Shown here piece after piece: positions 28,665 through 38,416 of a stretch of 64,000 nucleotides of DNA. Source of the DNA: Cenarchaeum sp. (lineage in GTDB: Archaea; Thermoproteota; Nitrososphaeria; Nitrososphaerales; Nitrosopumilaceae); the NCBI GenBank assembly GCA_965242695.1, contig CBDESU010000001.1, positions 704,001-768,000 on the forward strand, read 5' to 3'. The notes beneath the pieces were generated by a model. The model had not been told where the DNA came from. It was given only the letters and a program-made list of their open reading frames with translations, and ran no database searches. Position 1 is the stretch's first letter. Each line of letters starts with the position of its first letter. A program made the translations under genes and the position numbers.

Positions 28665-29543
28665 TTAACTCTGCGCGCCGCCCGTCCAAAGCCGGACCGA
28701 CGCCCTCTTGTTGCTCACGGGCGAGGCGAACGTGCGGCCGTCCAGGCCGCTGAACACGGCGGCGACGTCGGCCGCATCGCACCTGCGCGACACGGCCGCC
28801 ACGGCCGGCCCGTTGCCCGACACGGACGCGCCGAGGGCGCCTGCATCGAGCAGCCTGTCGACGAGGCCCGGGTCGGAGCCGAGGGCCGGCGCGGCGGCGC
28901 GCCCGTTGAGCGTCATCGCGCCCCAGTAGTCGCCCTTCCTTGCCATCTCCCAGGCCTTTTCAAAGCGGGGCCTCGAGCCTGCAAGGTCGGCCGTCCGCCC
29001 CCTCCTGCGCGAGCGCGGCACGAACACGACGGCGCGCAGGCCCGCGGGGGCGGGCTCGGACCTCACGATCGTGCGCGCCGCGTTGTCCGTCACGGCAAAG
29101 CCGCCGTAGTAGCACCCGCATGCGTCGTCGTACGCGCCGGTCTCGCTCACGCCGGCATCGAGCGAGGCCTCTACGCCGGCAAGTACAATGCCCCTGTGGC
29201 CCATCTTGGCGCCGAGCAGGCGCGAGCAGGCCAGGGCAACGGCCGACGATGTGGCGCTCGAGCTCTTCAGGCCGTATCCCTCGGGCACGCGCGATGCGAG
29301 CGTTATGCGCACTCCCCTTTTGCCGCCGGACAGCGCTCCGGGCGGGGCGACCCTCCTGACCGTATGCTCGACGAGGCGCGTGCTGGCGCTGCGGCTGTCG
29401 GCGCGTACGTCGATGCTGCCGGCAGGCCCGGCCCTCTCGGCGTCGGCGCGCACCACCAGCCCGATGCCGACGGTCGCGCCCCTGCCGGCGGCAAGGGCGT
29501 TTACGATCGAGACGGCTCCGTGGACCGTCGCGCTGGCGATCAT
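28665..29543 (-). CDS. aroK: archaeal shikimate kinase (GHMP family)
   Basis: GLKSSSA, TGAYDD, VSGNGPA. Confidence 0.92.
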   Translation of the reverse strand: MIASATVHGAVSIVNALAAGRGATVGIGLVVRADAERAGPAGSIDVRADSRSASTRLVEHTVRRVAPPGALSGGKRGVRITLASRVPEGYGLKSSSATSSAVALACSRLLGAKMGHRGIVLAGVEASLDAGVSETGAYDDACGCYYGGFAVTDNAARTIVRSEPAPAGLRAVVFVPRSRRRGRTADLAGSRPRFEKAWEMARKGDYWGAMTLNGRAAAPALGSDPGLVDRLLDAGALGASVSGNGPAVAAVSRRCDAADVAAVFSGLDGRTFASPVSNKRASVRLWTGGAQS

Positions 29544-30400
29544 TTCCGGGGCGCACCGGATGCCCCGGGCGCGCCGGCCCTCACGCCGAGCACGGCGCCC
29601 CGCATGGCCTCGTACGGCGCCTTTGCGCCGTGCCATATCTCGAACGACCTGCACGCCTGCCAGACGAGCATCTCGTACCCGTAGACCACCTCGGCGCCGC
29701 GCCGCCTCGCCTTCGAGACCAGGTCCGTAGACATGGGCCTGTACACGATGTCGTACACGACCGAGTCTGCCGGGATCGACTCCTCGGGTATGGGGCTCGG
29801 CTCGCCGCCCATGCCCGTCGTGGCCGCGTTGACGATGAACTTGCAGCCGCGCGCCGCCGCGCCGGCCTCGCCGAGCGGGACGGCCGACGCGTACGCCCCG
29901 AGCCCGCCGGCGAACTCGGCCAGCTCCTCGCCCTTCTTGGCCGTCCGGTTTGCGATCGTGATCTCGACTGCGCCCTCGCCGGCGAGGGCGGCGACGATGG
30001 CGCGCGCCGCGCCGCCGGCGCCGACGACGAGCGCCTTTGATCCGACCACGGTGAGGTTGCGCTTCCATATGGGATCCAGGAATCCGCCCATGTCCGTGTT
30101 GTGCCCGACGGCCCTGCCGTCCCCGCCGAACGAGACCGTGTTGGCCGCCCCGATCTTCCTGCAGTCGTCGTCGGCGCTGTCGAGCAGGCCCATTACGGCG
30201 ACCTTGTGCGGGACGGTGACGTTGATTCCGGCGATGCCGACCCTCTTGATCGACTCGATGCCGTCGGCGAGCTCGCCGGCCGGCACGCGGTACGCGATGT
30301 ACGAGCAGTCCATGCCGAGCTCCCTGAAGGCCGCGTTGTGTATCGTCGGCGACAGGGAGTGGTCTATGGGGTCGCCGATGACGGCGTACGTGCCACCCAC
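29540..30400 (-). CDS. aroE: shikimate dehydrogenase
   Basis: HSLSP, NVTVPHK, NTD, GAGGAARA, DIVY. Confidence 0.95.
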   Translation of the reverse strand: MGGTYAVIGDPIDHSLSPTIHNAAFRELGMDCSYIAYRVPAGELADGIESIKRVGIAGINVTVPHKVAVMGLLDSADDDCRKIGAANTVSFGGDGRAVGHNTDMGGFLDPIWKRNLTVVGSKALVVGAGGAARAIVAALAGEGAVEITIANRTAKKGEELAEFAGGLGAYASAVPLGEAGAAARGCKFIVNAATTGMGGEPSPIPEESIPADSVVYDIVYRPMSTDLVSKARRRGAEVVYGYEMLVWQACRSFEIWHGAKAPYEAMRGAVLGVRAGAPGASGAPRK

Positions 30401-30419
30401 GGCCGCGCGCGGCGGCCCA

Positions 30420-31220
30420 TTAATTTAAAGCCACGGCGCCGCGGGCCGCTCTGCCTCCGCCGCCGCCGCGCCCCCTCCCTCCGCCGACCGCGGCGAGCAT
30501 GTCGGCCAGGGCCATCTGGCCCGGCGCGACGGCCCTGCCTAGCGAGGCGTACGTGTGGGGGCTGCCCAGGTACAGGCACAGCACCCTCGACATGCGGCCC
30601 ATCTCGCCCATTGCGAACGCGACTAGCCCGAGGTCGCGCCGCCCCATGCGCCGCGCCGCGCCGTACAGGGAGAGGACGCGCGCGGGGTCGGCAGGCGTGG
30701 CGGCCGTCGTGACGATCTTTACGCGCCGCGCAAGGGCGGCCATGCGCCCGAGGCGCCCCGACAGGGACCGCAGGGTCGGCGTTCCCGCATAGTCGTGCCA
30801 GGATGCGAGTATGTCGGTGCCCGCCGCCGCGGCGGCATCGCGCAGGCCGCCGCTGCGCCGCAGCGCGTCGTACTCTACGTCAAGCAGGTGCGGGCGGTGG
30901 GATGCGGCAAGCCCGAGCAGCCCGATGCGCTCGCGCTCCGCGCCCTGGAACCGACCGCCCTCGCGCTCCGGCCGTATGGTGCAGACGAGGCGGTCCATGC
31001 GCCGCCTCCCGCGCGCGCCTGCCGAAAGCAGCTCCAGCGCGCGCGGGACCGCGCGCGCGCCGATGTAGTCGAGCCGCGCCTCGGCCAGGCCGGCCCCGGC
31101 GGCAAGCGCCCTGTCGACTCCAGACACCATTCCGGCCGGCGTGCGGGCGGCGACGGGCACGCACACGGCGGGGGATCCGACGGCGGACCTGGATGCGCCC
31201 GATCCGCTGCTACTTTTCAA
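30420..31220 (-). CDS. aroD: type I 3-dehydroquinate dehydratase
   Basis: EARLD, TIR..EGG, SWHD, KIV, AMG..SR, APGQ; start uncertain. Confidence 0.88.
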   Translation of the reverse strand: MKSSSGSGASRSAVGSPAVCVPVAARTPAGMVSGVDRALAAGAGLAEARLDYIGARAVPRALELLSAGARGRRRMDRLVCTIRPEREGGRFQGAERERIGLLGLAASHRPHLLDVEYDALRRSGGLRDAAAAAGTDILASWHDYAGTPTLRSLSGRLGRMAALARRVKIVTTAATPADPARVLSLYGAARRMGRRDLGLVAFAMGEMGRMSRVLCLYLGSPHTYASLGRAVAPGQMALADMLAAVGGGRGRGGGGGRAARGAVALN

Positions 31221-32394
31221 GTATGTACTCACCGGCGACCTCTGTCCCAAAGTGCCTGCCGGCCGCCGGGCGCGTGTGCACAAGCACCCTGTCGCCGGCC
31301 TTCAAGTCGGTGACCGACACGGCCTGTCCGCCGGGCCTGACGAGGCGGACAGTCTCGGCGTCCTGTATGATGATGCCGCCGACCTCGCCTCCGGCGCTGG
31401 CCTTTACCATGAGCATCGGGCGCCGCTCGATCTTTGCGCGCCCGACCGTCGCGCGCCGCGCAATGCCCGAGCTGTCGACGACGAGCACCTCAGTCCCGCC
31501 CTCGACCTCTGAGAGGTACCTGGTGCGGCCGTCGGCGCCGGGCGTGTACGCGTGGACGGCGCCGGCGTTGACGCGAAACGGCCTTGCCGCCGTGAACGAC
31601 GAGGCGATCGACTCGTTGTGCACAAGAAAGTAAAAGTTCGACCTGCTGCCGACGAGCATGCCCTCGCCGGCGCCGAGCATCGACGCCGTGTCGACGCAGA
31701 CCCTCTCGCCGTCGCCTGCCTCGCCGACCTCGGTTATGGTCGCCTCGGACAGCCCGAACGAGCGCGACCCCATGTACGACAGGGCGCTCTGCACGTCGGC
31801 CGCCGAGGATGTGGTAAAGACGACGCCGTCGAGCCCCACGTCGAGTATGGAGAACGCCTTGCGCACGTCGGCCGGCGTGCCTGCCGTCGTAAAGACGGCG
31901 GCCCTTGCCCTGTGCAGGCGCGCGACGATGTTCTCTAGCGGGATGATCTTCCAGTCGCGCGCCTCTACGACGACAAAGTCCAGGCCCCTCTCGGCCTCTG
32001 CCACGGCGGCGTCGATGTCGCGGTTTGACGAGACGGTAAAGCGCCGGCCGTACTTTCTTCCTGCCCCTGCGCCCCTCTTGCCCCTGCCGGATGCCCCGCC
32101 GGGCCCCGCGCCGAGCAGCACATAGTCCGCGCCGGCCGAGCCGTGCAGCGTAAGGAGCGACGATCCGTCCGGCAGTACGGAGGGATCGACGGCGGCTGCG
32201 CGCGCGCCGGCCGCCTCTGCCCCTGCAAGAAACTCTGCCATCCTTGACCTTGGAACCGACGGCTTGACGATGAGCAGCTTGCCGGGGGCGGCGGGTTTGC
32301 CGCTTTTGCGGCCACTGGTTCCGCTTGGGGCGCCGCGGCGCGCGCCCTTTCCGGACGCCCCGCGCCCTCCCTTACCGCTTCTCTTGCTCGCCAA
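31210..32394 (-). CDS. aroB': 3-dehydroquinate synthase II
   Basis: WKIIPLEN, RVCVDT, RPFRVNAG, IQDAET, GRHFG. Confidence 0.93.
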   Translation of the reverse strand: MASKRSGKGGRGASGKGARRGAPSGTSGRKSGKPAAPGKLLIVKPSVPRSRMAEFLAGAEAAGARAAAVDPSVLPDGSSLLTLHGSAGADYVLLGAGPGGASGRGKRGAGAGRKYGRRFTVSSNRDIDAAVAEAERGLDFVVVEARDWKIIPLENIVARLHRARAAVFTTAGTPADVRKAFSILDVGLDGVVFTTSSAADVQSALSYMGSRSFGLSEATITEVGEAGDGERVCVDTASMLGAGEGMLVGSRSNFYFLVHNESIASSFTAARPFRVNAGAVHAYTPGADGRTRYLSEVEGGTEVLVVDSSGIARRATVGRAKIERRPMLMVKASAGGEVGGIIIQDAETVRLVRPGGQAVSVTDLKAGDRVLVHTRPAAGRHFGTEVAGEYILEK

Positions 32395-33172
32395 GCCTGG
32401 CTGCCGCCTCCGTTGCCTTTACGCCCTTGAATATGACCGCCGCTAGCGCCTGCACCATCCTTGGCGGGCTCTTGTGCGCGAATATGTTGCGCCCGTACGT
32501 GACGCCGGACGCCCCGGCGCCCATCGCATCCTCGGTCATCCGGAGCAGGTCCAGGTCGGTCTCGCACTTTGGACCGCCCGCAATGACGACGGGGACGGGA
32601 GTGGAGCGCACCACGCGGGCGAACGACTCCCTCTCGCCGGTGTACACGGTCTTTACGATGTCGGCGCCGCACTCTGCGCCGATGCGGGCCGCATGCGCGA
32701 CGGTCTCGGGGTCGTGCGGATCCCTCACATTCTCGCCGCGCGGGTACATCATGGCAAGCAGCGGCATGCCCCACGCGTCGCACCGCTCTGCCGTCGCGCC
32801 GAGCTGCGCGAGCATCTCGGGCTCTTCCTTGCCGCCGACGTTGACATGCAGCGAGACTCCGTCGGCGCCGAGCCGGACTGCCTCCTCTACCGTCCCTGTG
32901 AGCATCTTGCGGTTGGGGGCCGTCGACAGCGATGTGCTAGACGAAAAGTGGACGAGCACGCCGGCCGAGCGGGGGGGCCGCTCCAGGGCCCTTGCCACCC
33001 CCTTGTTGAGGATGAACGCCGTGACGCCCATGCCGTCGCAGCCCTCGACGACCTTGGCCGGCTCCTCCAGCCCCTCGATGGGGCCGTTCGAGACGCCGTG
33101 GTCCATCGGTATCCCGAGCATGCGCCCCCTGCGCATTATGCGCGACATGCGCACTGACCTGCCGTCCGCCAC
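32372..33172 (-). CDS. aroA': 2-amino-3,7-dideoxy-D-threo-hept-6-ulosonate synthase (class I aldolase)
   Basis: PMDHG, MMYPRG, ADIVKT, AGGPK, GRNIF; heads the aro cluster. Confidence 0.92.
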   Translation of the reverse strand: MADGRSVRMSRIMRRGRMLGIPMDHGVSNGPIEGLEEPAKVVEGCDGMGVTAFILNKGVARALERPPRSAGVLVHFSSSTSLSTAPNRKMLTGTVEEAVRLGADGVSLHVNVGGKEEPEMLAQLGATAERCDAWGMPLLAMMYPRGENVRDPHDPETVAHAARIGAECGADIVKTVYTGERESFARVVRSTPVPVVIAGGPKCETDLDLLRMTEDAMGAGASGVTYGRNIFAHKSPPRMVQALAAVIFKGVKATEAAARLGEQEKR

Positions 33173-33292
33173 GGGCGCGCCCCCGCCCCGCCCTAATTAA
33201 AAACTGCCCCCCGCGCGCGGCGGGGTGGCTCCGCCTGCCGCCGATCCTGCGGCGATCCTGCGGGATTCCACGCGGCTGCGGTGCGCCTACCG

Positions 33293-33914
33293 TCATGGGA
33301 ATGCAGGCTGCGGCTGTTCTGCGAGCCGATCGATGACGGCGTGCGCCTCGGCGTACTGTTCGCTGAACGCTAGGCAGACCATCTTGTGCGACAGGACGAG
33401 CCGCGCGTCGCCCTTCTCTGCGCCAAGGAGCCGGTCGTACACCCGAATCGCGGCCTTGTAGTGACCAAAGTTTTCCAGCACGATCCCCGCATTCCACAGC
33501 GCGCCCGCATCGCAGGACGGGTCGCGAAGCCCCTCGACCGACTGCCTTATGTGCGCCTCTGCCCTTTCTAGGTCTTCCATGCCGTGCCCGACATATACAG
33601 GGCTGGAGATCCTTCCGTTTGCGATGGACGGAAACCGCGGCATCCTGCCAATGCGCAGGCCGCCGCCCAATGACAGCCACGGCAAAAAATACGACTTCAT
33701 CGACGCTGGGCCGCGGCCATGCGCCTCGCTTGCTCCCTTCCATTTCTCGACCAGACTTGACCACGCTTGCCTGCTTTCGGGATTGCTGTCGAATGCGAGC
33801 CAGCTGTCCGCGACCTGCTCCGCCTCTTTATCCATGCGCCGATCTAACAGCAAGCCCACCGTGTCCCGCTCTTCGACAAGCTCTTCGAGCATGACGGCAA
33901 GCTCCAGCTCGTTG
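33293..33914 (-). pseudogene. C-terminal TPR-containing part of the Doc-family gene split by IS630
   Basis: Continues RNELELAVML from the Doc ORF across the IS; ALWNAGIVLENFGHYKAAIRVYDRLL TPR. Confidence 0.8.
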
Positions 33915-33916
33915 CG

Positions 33917-35382
33917 TAGTAAACGAGTCTAAAGATGAGAGAATGCAGGGGGGCAGGTGGCCGTGGCCTGCCGGGGCGGCATACATTAAAAACACGGTGT
34001 AGATCGCTGCCGGGCAATGAGAATAAGTAAGGAGATACCCAAGGGCGGAAAGCTTTTGATCAACTATCCCGTGGGCAAGCTAAAGAAGATGCTCAAGAAG
34101 GAAACCAACAGGACAAAGGCAGACCGCATCAAGGCATGCATAAAACGCAAGAAGGGCATGGAGATTCCGGCCATTGCGGCCGAGCTAGAGGTACCATACT
34201 CGACCGTGCACCGTTGGCTGCTGGCCGTTGCGCGCGAGGGCCCCTCAGCCCTAGACCTCAAGAAGAGGCAGGGCGCAAGGTGCCGCCTTGACGACGACCA
34301 GTGCAGGAAGCTGTACGAGATAGTCGAGGAGGGCCCCGCCAAGCACGGCTATTCGGGCGACGCGTGGACGGCGCGGCGTCTGATTCCCGTCGTCAAGAGG
34401 GAGTTCAAGGTGGACTACGGCGTGCGCGGGATGCAGCTGTTGCTGCACCGCATCGGGCTGTCCAGCAGGGTTCCGCGGCCGCGGCACCCCAAGGCGGCCA
34501 CCAAGAAGGAAATGGCCAGGTTCAAGCGCAGGGTCGCCGCCATGAGGGGGTGGCGGAAGGGCTGCTCGGTTTGCATGATCGACTCGGCCTCGCTCATCGC
34601 GGGGTGGAACATGCAGCGCGGCTGGTACCCGACCGGAAAGACGCGGTTTGCGCCCGTCACGCTGTCCCGCAAGAGGACCCACATGCTCGGCGCCCTGTAC
34701 GACGGGGAGCTGGACATAGAGTTCTTTGACAAGATCAACAGCGAAGCCATCGAGTGGTTCCTGCGCAAGCAGCTGGCCCGCAGGGAGTGGGTCATGGCGA
34801 TCCTCGACAACGCATCGGCCCACCATGCAGGCAACATTGAGAGCCTGGAGGAAGAGTTCGGCGGCCGCCTGGTCCTCGTGTACCTGCCGCCGTACACGCC
34901 CGAGCTCAACTCGATCGAGATCCAGTGGCGCGTGATACGCAAGGCGATTGCCAACATCGCGTTTGCCGACACCGAAGCCCTGAAGAAGGGCGTGCGCAAG
35001 GTTCTGCTGAGCGACGACGCCCTGATCGTGCCGATCGCCTCGTATGCAAGGGACAAGAACAGGCCGAGGCCGCGCCGCTGCACCGTCAGGGTGGAAAAAA
35101 AGGTCGTGCACTCTCCGTACTACAACTGATCCGCGCGCTGGCATCACACGCGCCGCCGCGGGACGCGCGGCGGGCCCGCGGCCCCGAACCTTCCTGCCAA
35201 TTTCAGGTCGATTTCCCCTGCAGTGTCACCCCAAAATGTTCCTGCGCCATAAAATTGGTGGCCCCTGCCCGTTTGGCGACATTCGGGCGGTTTTTTGCCT
35301 CGTTGACGCCAAAATTGCCGTCTATTGGCCGCTACAACCAAGATTTGTCCCCGTATACTCTCATTCCCTAACTCGTTTACTA
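33917..35382 (+). mobile_element. IS630-family insertion sequence
   Basis: Terminal IR tagtaaacgagt / actcgtttacta, extending imperfectly to about 32 bp (atgagag..at..ggg); interrupts a Doc gene. Confidence 0.9.
34017..35129 (+). CDS. IS630-family transposase
   Basis: Two HTH regions, then MIDS, ILDNASAH and YLPPYTPELNSIEIQW (DDE). Confidence 0.93.
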   Translation: MRISKEIPKGGKLLINYPVGKLKKMLKKETNRTKADRIKACIKRKKGMEIPAIAAELEVPYSTVHRWLLAVAREGPSALDLKKRQGARCRLDDDQCRKLYEIVEEGPAKHGYSGDAWTARRLIPVVKREFKVDYGVRGMQLLLHRIGLSSRVPRPRHPKAATKKEMARFKRRVAAMRGWRKGCSVCMIDSASLIAGWNMQRGWYPTGKTRFAPVTLSRKRTHMLGALYDGELDIEFFDKINSEAIEWFLRKQLARREWVMAILDNASAHHAGNIESLEEEFGGRLVLVYLPPYTPELNSIEIQWRVIRKAIANIAFADTEALKKGVRKVLLSDDALIVPIASYARDKNRPRPRRCTVRVEKKVVHSPYYN

Positions 35383-35768
35383 CGGGCGATGTGCGTCTTG
35401 AACCATGCGGCTATCTCCTCGGACATACTGTCGTCTGCATCCATGGCGCAGTCGACGGCCATCCTTGCCGCCTTGAGCGGAACCACAAGGGTGGCCCCGT
35501 TGATGTTTGCGAGGTATTCTGCGGCCATGACGGACGCCCGCTTGTTGCCGTCCGTGAGGGTGTGCGACTTGCACAGCGTCTCCATCAGGACGGCTGCCTT
35601 TTGGTGCATCTCTGGATACAGCACCCTGCCGTGAAGCGACATGCGGGGCTTGTCCAAGGCAAAGCCGAGCTGGCCCTCGTTGAGGACGGATACGTTGGTA
35701 TCGAAATTGTTGTTTAGGTTGCTGATCACCCCGTCCATGTCCTGGCGCGTCAGATCGCGCACGGTCAT
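35361..35768 (-). CDS. death-on-curing (Doc/Fic) toxin domain, truncated by IS630
   Basis: LYPEMHQKAAVL...SHTLTDGNKR; the last residues and stop codon come from the IS end. Confidence 0.85.
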   Translation of the reverse strand: MTVRDLTRQDMDGVISNLNNNFDTNVSVLNEGQLGFALDKPRMSLHGRVLYPEMHQKAAVLMETLCKSHTLTDGNKRASVMAAEYLANINGATLVVPLKAARMAVDCAMDADDSMSEEIAAWFKTHIARSKRVRE

Positions 35769-36045
35769 GGCGATGCCGCCCCCCTCTTGGAAATCGCGCG
35801 CTGGCGCGAGACCCCGTGCGGTTCCTGCGCAGGGCCGCGCCGGCCGAGTGGCCGAGCCGCGTGGAGGTGATCCCCGTGGCAGATCGGACCGGCACGGGCG
35901 GCGCAGCCGCCCAGGCTTCCGACTGCGCTGTCATGTCCTGCCAACTGCTCACCTGTTGCCGCATTTGCAATCGCGTCCGCATCTTGGCAACACGGCTGCA
36001 ACCTTCCACGCTTTGACGTGCCCGCTGTTGTGCAATGCCGCGTTG

Positions 36046-36282
36046 TCATAGCTGTGCCAACCTGTCGTAGACGATAGAGCTCCTCAAGTACAACTTTTGC
36101 AGGATAACACTCTTGTGCTTGTCCGTCATCCTGTCGGGGTCCAGCGGCTCGAGCGGCTCCCACAGCCGTATGTACTCGTCCGTGTACATCTCCTTTGGAG
36201 CCTCTTCCCCTGCCGACTTTTCTTCTGATGCATCCGCCGGCACGGTGCTGGCATTGTCGCCCTGCGGCGCCTCGGTAGCCAT
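36046..36282 (-). CDS. small antitoxin-like protein, type b
   Basis: MYTDEYIRLWEPLEPLDPDRMT...LYLRS..VYDRLAQL; TTTTTAA box about 25 bp upstream. Confidence 0.75.
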   Translation of the reverse strand: MATEAPQGDNASTVPADASEEKSAGEEAPKEMYTDEYIRLWEPLEPLDPDRMTDKHKSVILQKLYLRSSIVYDRLAQL

Positions 36283-36425
36283 GTGGGCCGCCCCGCCTAG
36301 GGGTTAAAAAACCCTTTGATTGTATTTAAAAGCCTGATGGGGCGAGGGGGGGGGGGCACGGCCGCGGCGGATGTCGGTGTGCGCCGTTGCCAAGGCTGCC
36401 GCCGTCACCGCCGCATGCGGGCGGG

Positions 36426-36533
36426 GCTGGCGTGCATGCGATCGCAGGTGGCATGCGACGACTGGCTGCCCCTTATGGGCAGGAGCAGGTGCTGGCGTGC
36501 ATGCGATCGCAGGTGGCATGCGACGACTGGCTG
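36426..36533. repeat. two exact 43-bp direct repeats
   Basis: gctggcgtgcatgcgatcgcaggtggcatgcgacgactggctg at 36426-36468 and 36491-36533; a single variant copy at about 38096. Confidence 0.9.
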
Positions 36534-36586
36534 ACAGACGGTTCGCAGAGTGCGCCCCTGCATGCCGCCTGCCAGGTGCCATGCGG

Positions 36587-36757
36587 TCATAGCTCGGCCA
36601 GCCGGTTGTAGACGACTGCATTCCGCCTCAGCATCTTTTCGACGATCATCCTTTTTTGCTTCGGCGTCATCCTGTCGCGGTCTAGCGGATCGAGCGGTGC
36701 CCATCTCCTGATCTCGTCGTCGGTGTACATCCCTGCTGACGATTCCTCGCTTACCAT
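36587..36757 (-). CDS. small antitoxin-like protein, type a
   Basis: MYTDDEIRRWAPLDPLDRDRMT...EKMLRRNAVVYNRLAEL; TTTATTA box upstream. Confidence 0.72.
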   Translation of the reverse strand: MVSEESSAGMYTDDEIRRWAPLDPLDRDRMTPKQKRMIVEKMLRRNAVVYNRLAEL

Positions 36758-36989
36758 GCCGCCCGTGAACCGGGTCTCGTAATAAACCCTGTGATGATGC
36801 GCGACGTGCGTGCTACGTGAGGTCTGATGTACGGTACATGTTCCGGCAGGCGGGGGTGATTTGGCGAGCGACTTGACGGCGGGCCGCGTAGCGGCCATGT
36901 CGACTAGGCCGGAGGGCATTTGGCGATCGTCGAGCGGCTTGCAGGGAGGCGGTGCGGAAGGGCGTGGCCGGTTGCAGGTAGATGGCGCC

Positions 36990-37444
36990 GATCGAGCCGC
37001 GACCATGCCTAGCCCATCGACAAGCCCCACGAGCATGACTGCGAGCTCTGACCCGTCGCGTGTGATGTGCGTCTTGAACCGGGCGGCTATCTCCTCGGAC
37101 ATACTGTCGTCTGCATCCATGGCGCAGTCGACTGCCATCCTTGCCGCCTTGAGCGGAACCACGAGGGTGGCTCCGTTGATGCTTGCGAGGTATTCTGCGG
37201 CCATGACGGACGCCCGCTTGTTGCCGTCCGTGAGGGTGTGCGACTTGCACAGCGTCTCCATCAGGACGGCGGCCTTTTGGCGCATCTCTGGATACAGCAC
37301 CCTGCCGCGAAGCGACATGCGGGGCTTGTCCAAGGCAAAACCGAGCTGGCCCTAGTTGAGGATGAACACGTTGGCATCGAAGCTGTAGTTTAGGTTGTTG
37401 ATCACCTCGCTCATGTCTTGGCGAGTCATGTCCAGCATTGCCAT
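36990..37444 (-). pseudogene. second Doc toxin copy with GAG>TAG nonsense codon and no TPR tail
   Basis: Highly similar to 35383-35768; TAG at 37352-37354; similarity ends shortly after ELAVML (3' boundary approximate). Confidence 0.8.
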
Positions 37445-37724
37445 GGCGACTGCACCTTCCTCTGTCCGGAGGCGTTGCACGGGAGCCGCACGTCATGCGG
37501 TTTCTGCACACGCCCTCGTGAGCTGTAGGCTTGGGACACGTGACAGCACACTTGCTTGCCAATTGGACGGGTGCAGGCTGCGTCGCCTGCGTTGCATACG
37601 GCCCGCCTGTCCAACCGGGTAGATCTTCTCCCCGCCATCATTCTCCCGATCATGCGTACAACTTGTCGGCACGGCGGCAACCTGCCATACTTTGACATGC
37701 CGACAGCTGCACAATGCCGAGCTG

Positions 37725-37955
37725 TCATAGTTCTGCCAGCCTATCGTAGACGGGAGCGCTTCTCAGGTACAACTTTCTTAGAATGGCCCTCTTGTGAGCG
37801 GGGGTCATCCTGTCTGGATCCAGCGGCTCAAGCGGCTCCCACAGCCGTATGTACTCGTCCGTGTACATCTCCTTTGATGCCTCTTCCACTGCCGACTTCG
37901 ATGCATCCGCCAGCACGGTGCTGGCATTGTCGTCCTGCGGCGCCTTGGTGGCCAT
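37725..37955 (-). CDS. small antitoxin-like protein, type b
   Basis: Paralogue of 36046-36282 ending VYDRLAEL. Confidence 0.75.
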   Translation of the reverse strand: MATKAPQDDNASTVLADASKSAVEEASKEMYTDEYIRLWEPLEPLDPDRMTPAHKRAILRKLYLRSAPVYDRLAEL

Positions 37956-38191
37956 GGGGGCCGCCCCGCCTAGGGGCTAAAAGACCCTTTGATTGCATTT
38001 AAAGGCCTGATGGGGCGAAGGGAGGGGGCGGCCGTGGCGGATGTCGGCGTGCACCATTGCCAACACTGCCGCCGCCACCGCCGCATGCGAGCGGGGCTGG
38101 CGTGCATGCGATCGCAGGTGGCATACGGCGACTGCCTGACAGGCGATCCGTAGAGTGCGCCTCTGAATGCCGCCCGCCAGGGGCCATGCGG

Positions 38192-38416
38192 TCATAGCTC
38201 GGCCAGCCGGTTGTAGACGACGGCGTTCCTCTTCAGCATCTTTTCGGCGATCGCCCTCCTGTGCGCGTCCGTCATCCTGTCGGGATCCAGCGGCTCAAGC
38301 GGCTCCCACCGCCGTATGTAGTCGTCCGTGTACATCTCCTTTGCCGTCTCTTCCACTGCCGGTTCCCCCTCTGGCGCGTCCGCAGCACTGTCCCCCTGTG
38401 GTGCCTCAATAGCCAT
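38192..38416 (-). CDS. small antitoxin-like protein, type a
   Basis: Paralogue of 36587-36757 ending VYNRLAEL; CTTTTTTA box upstream. Confidence 0.75.
   Translation of the reverse strand: MAIEAPQGDSAADAPEGEPAVEETAKEMYTDDYIRRWEPLEPLDPDRMTDAHRRAIAEKMLKRNAVVYNRLAEL

Noticed and set aside
36426-36533. Possible mini CRISPR array
   Set aside because: Only two repeats with a 22-bp spacer, no cas genes in the window, and the sister unit has a single copy.
36587-37333. Doc-antitoxin fusion protein of 248 aa in the ORF track
   Set aside because: Chance read-through from the truncated Doc pseudogene; the small gene has its own TATA box and ATG at 36757.
3834-37354. Pyrrolysine or programmed read-through of the in-frame TAG codons
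   Set aside because: No pyl genes seen; paralogues have TGG and GAG there (single substitutions); TAG is a common normal stop in this window; a third lesion is TAA.
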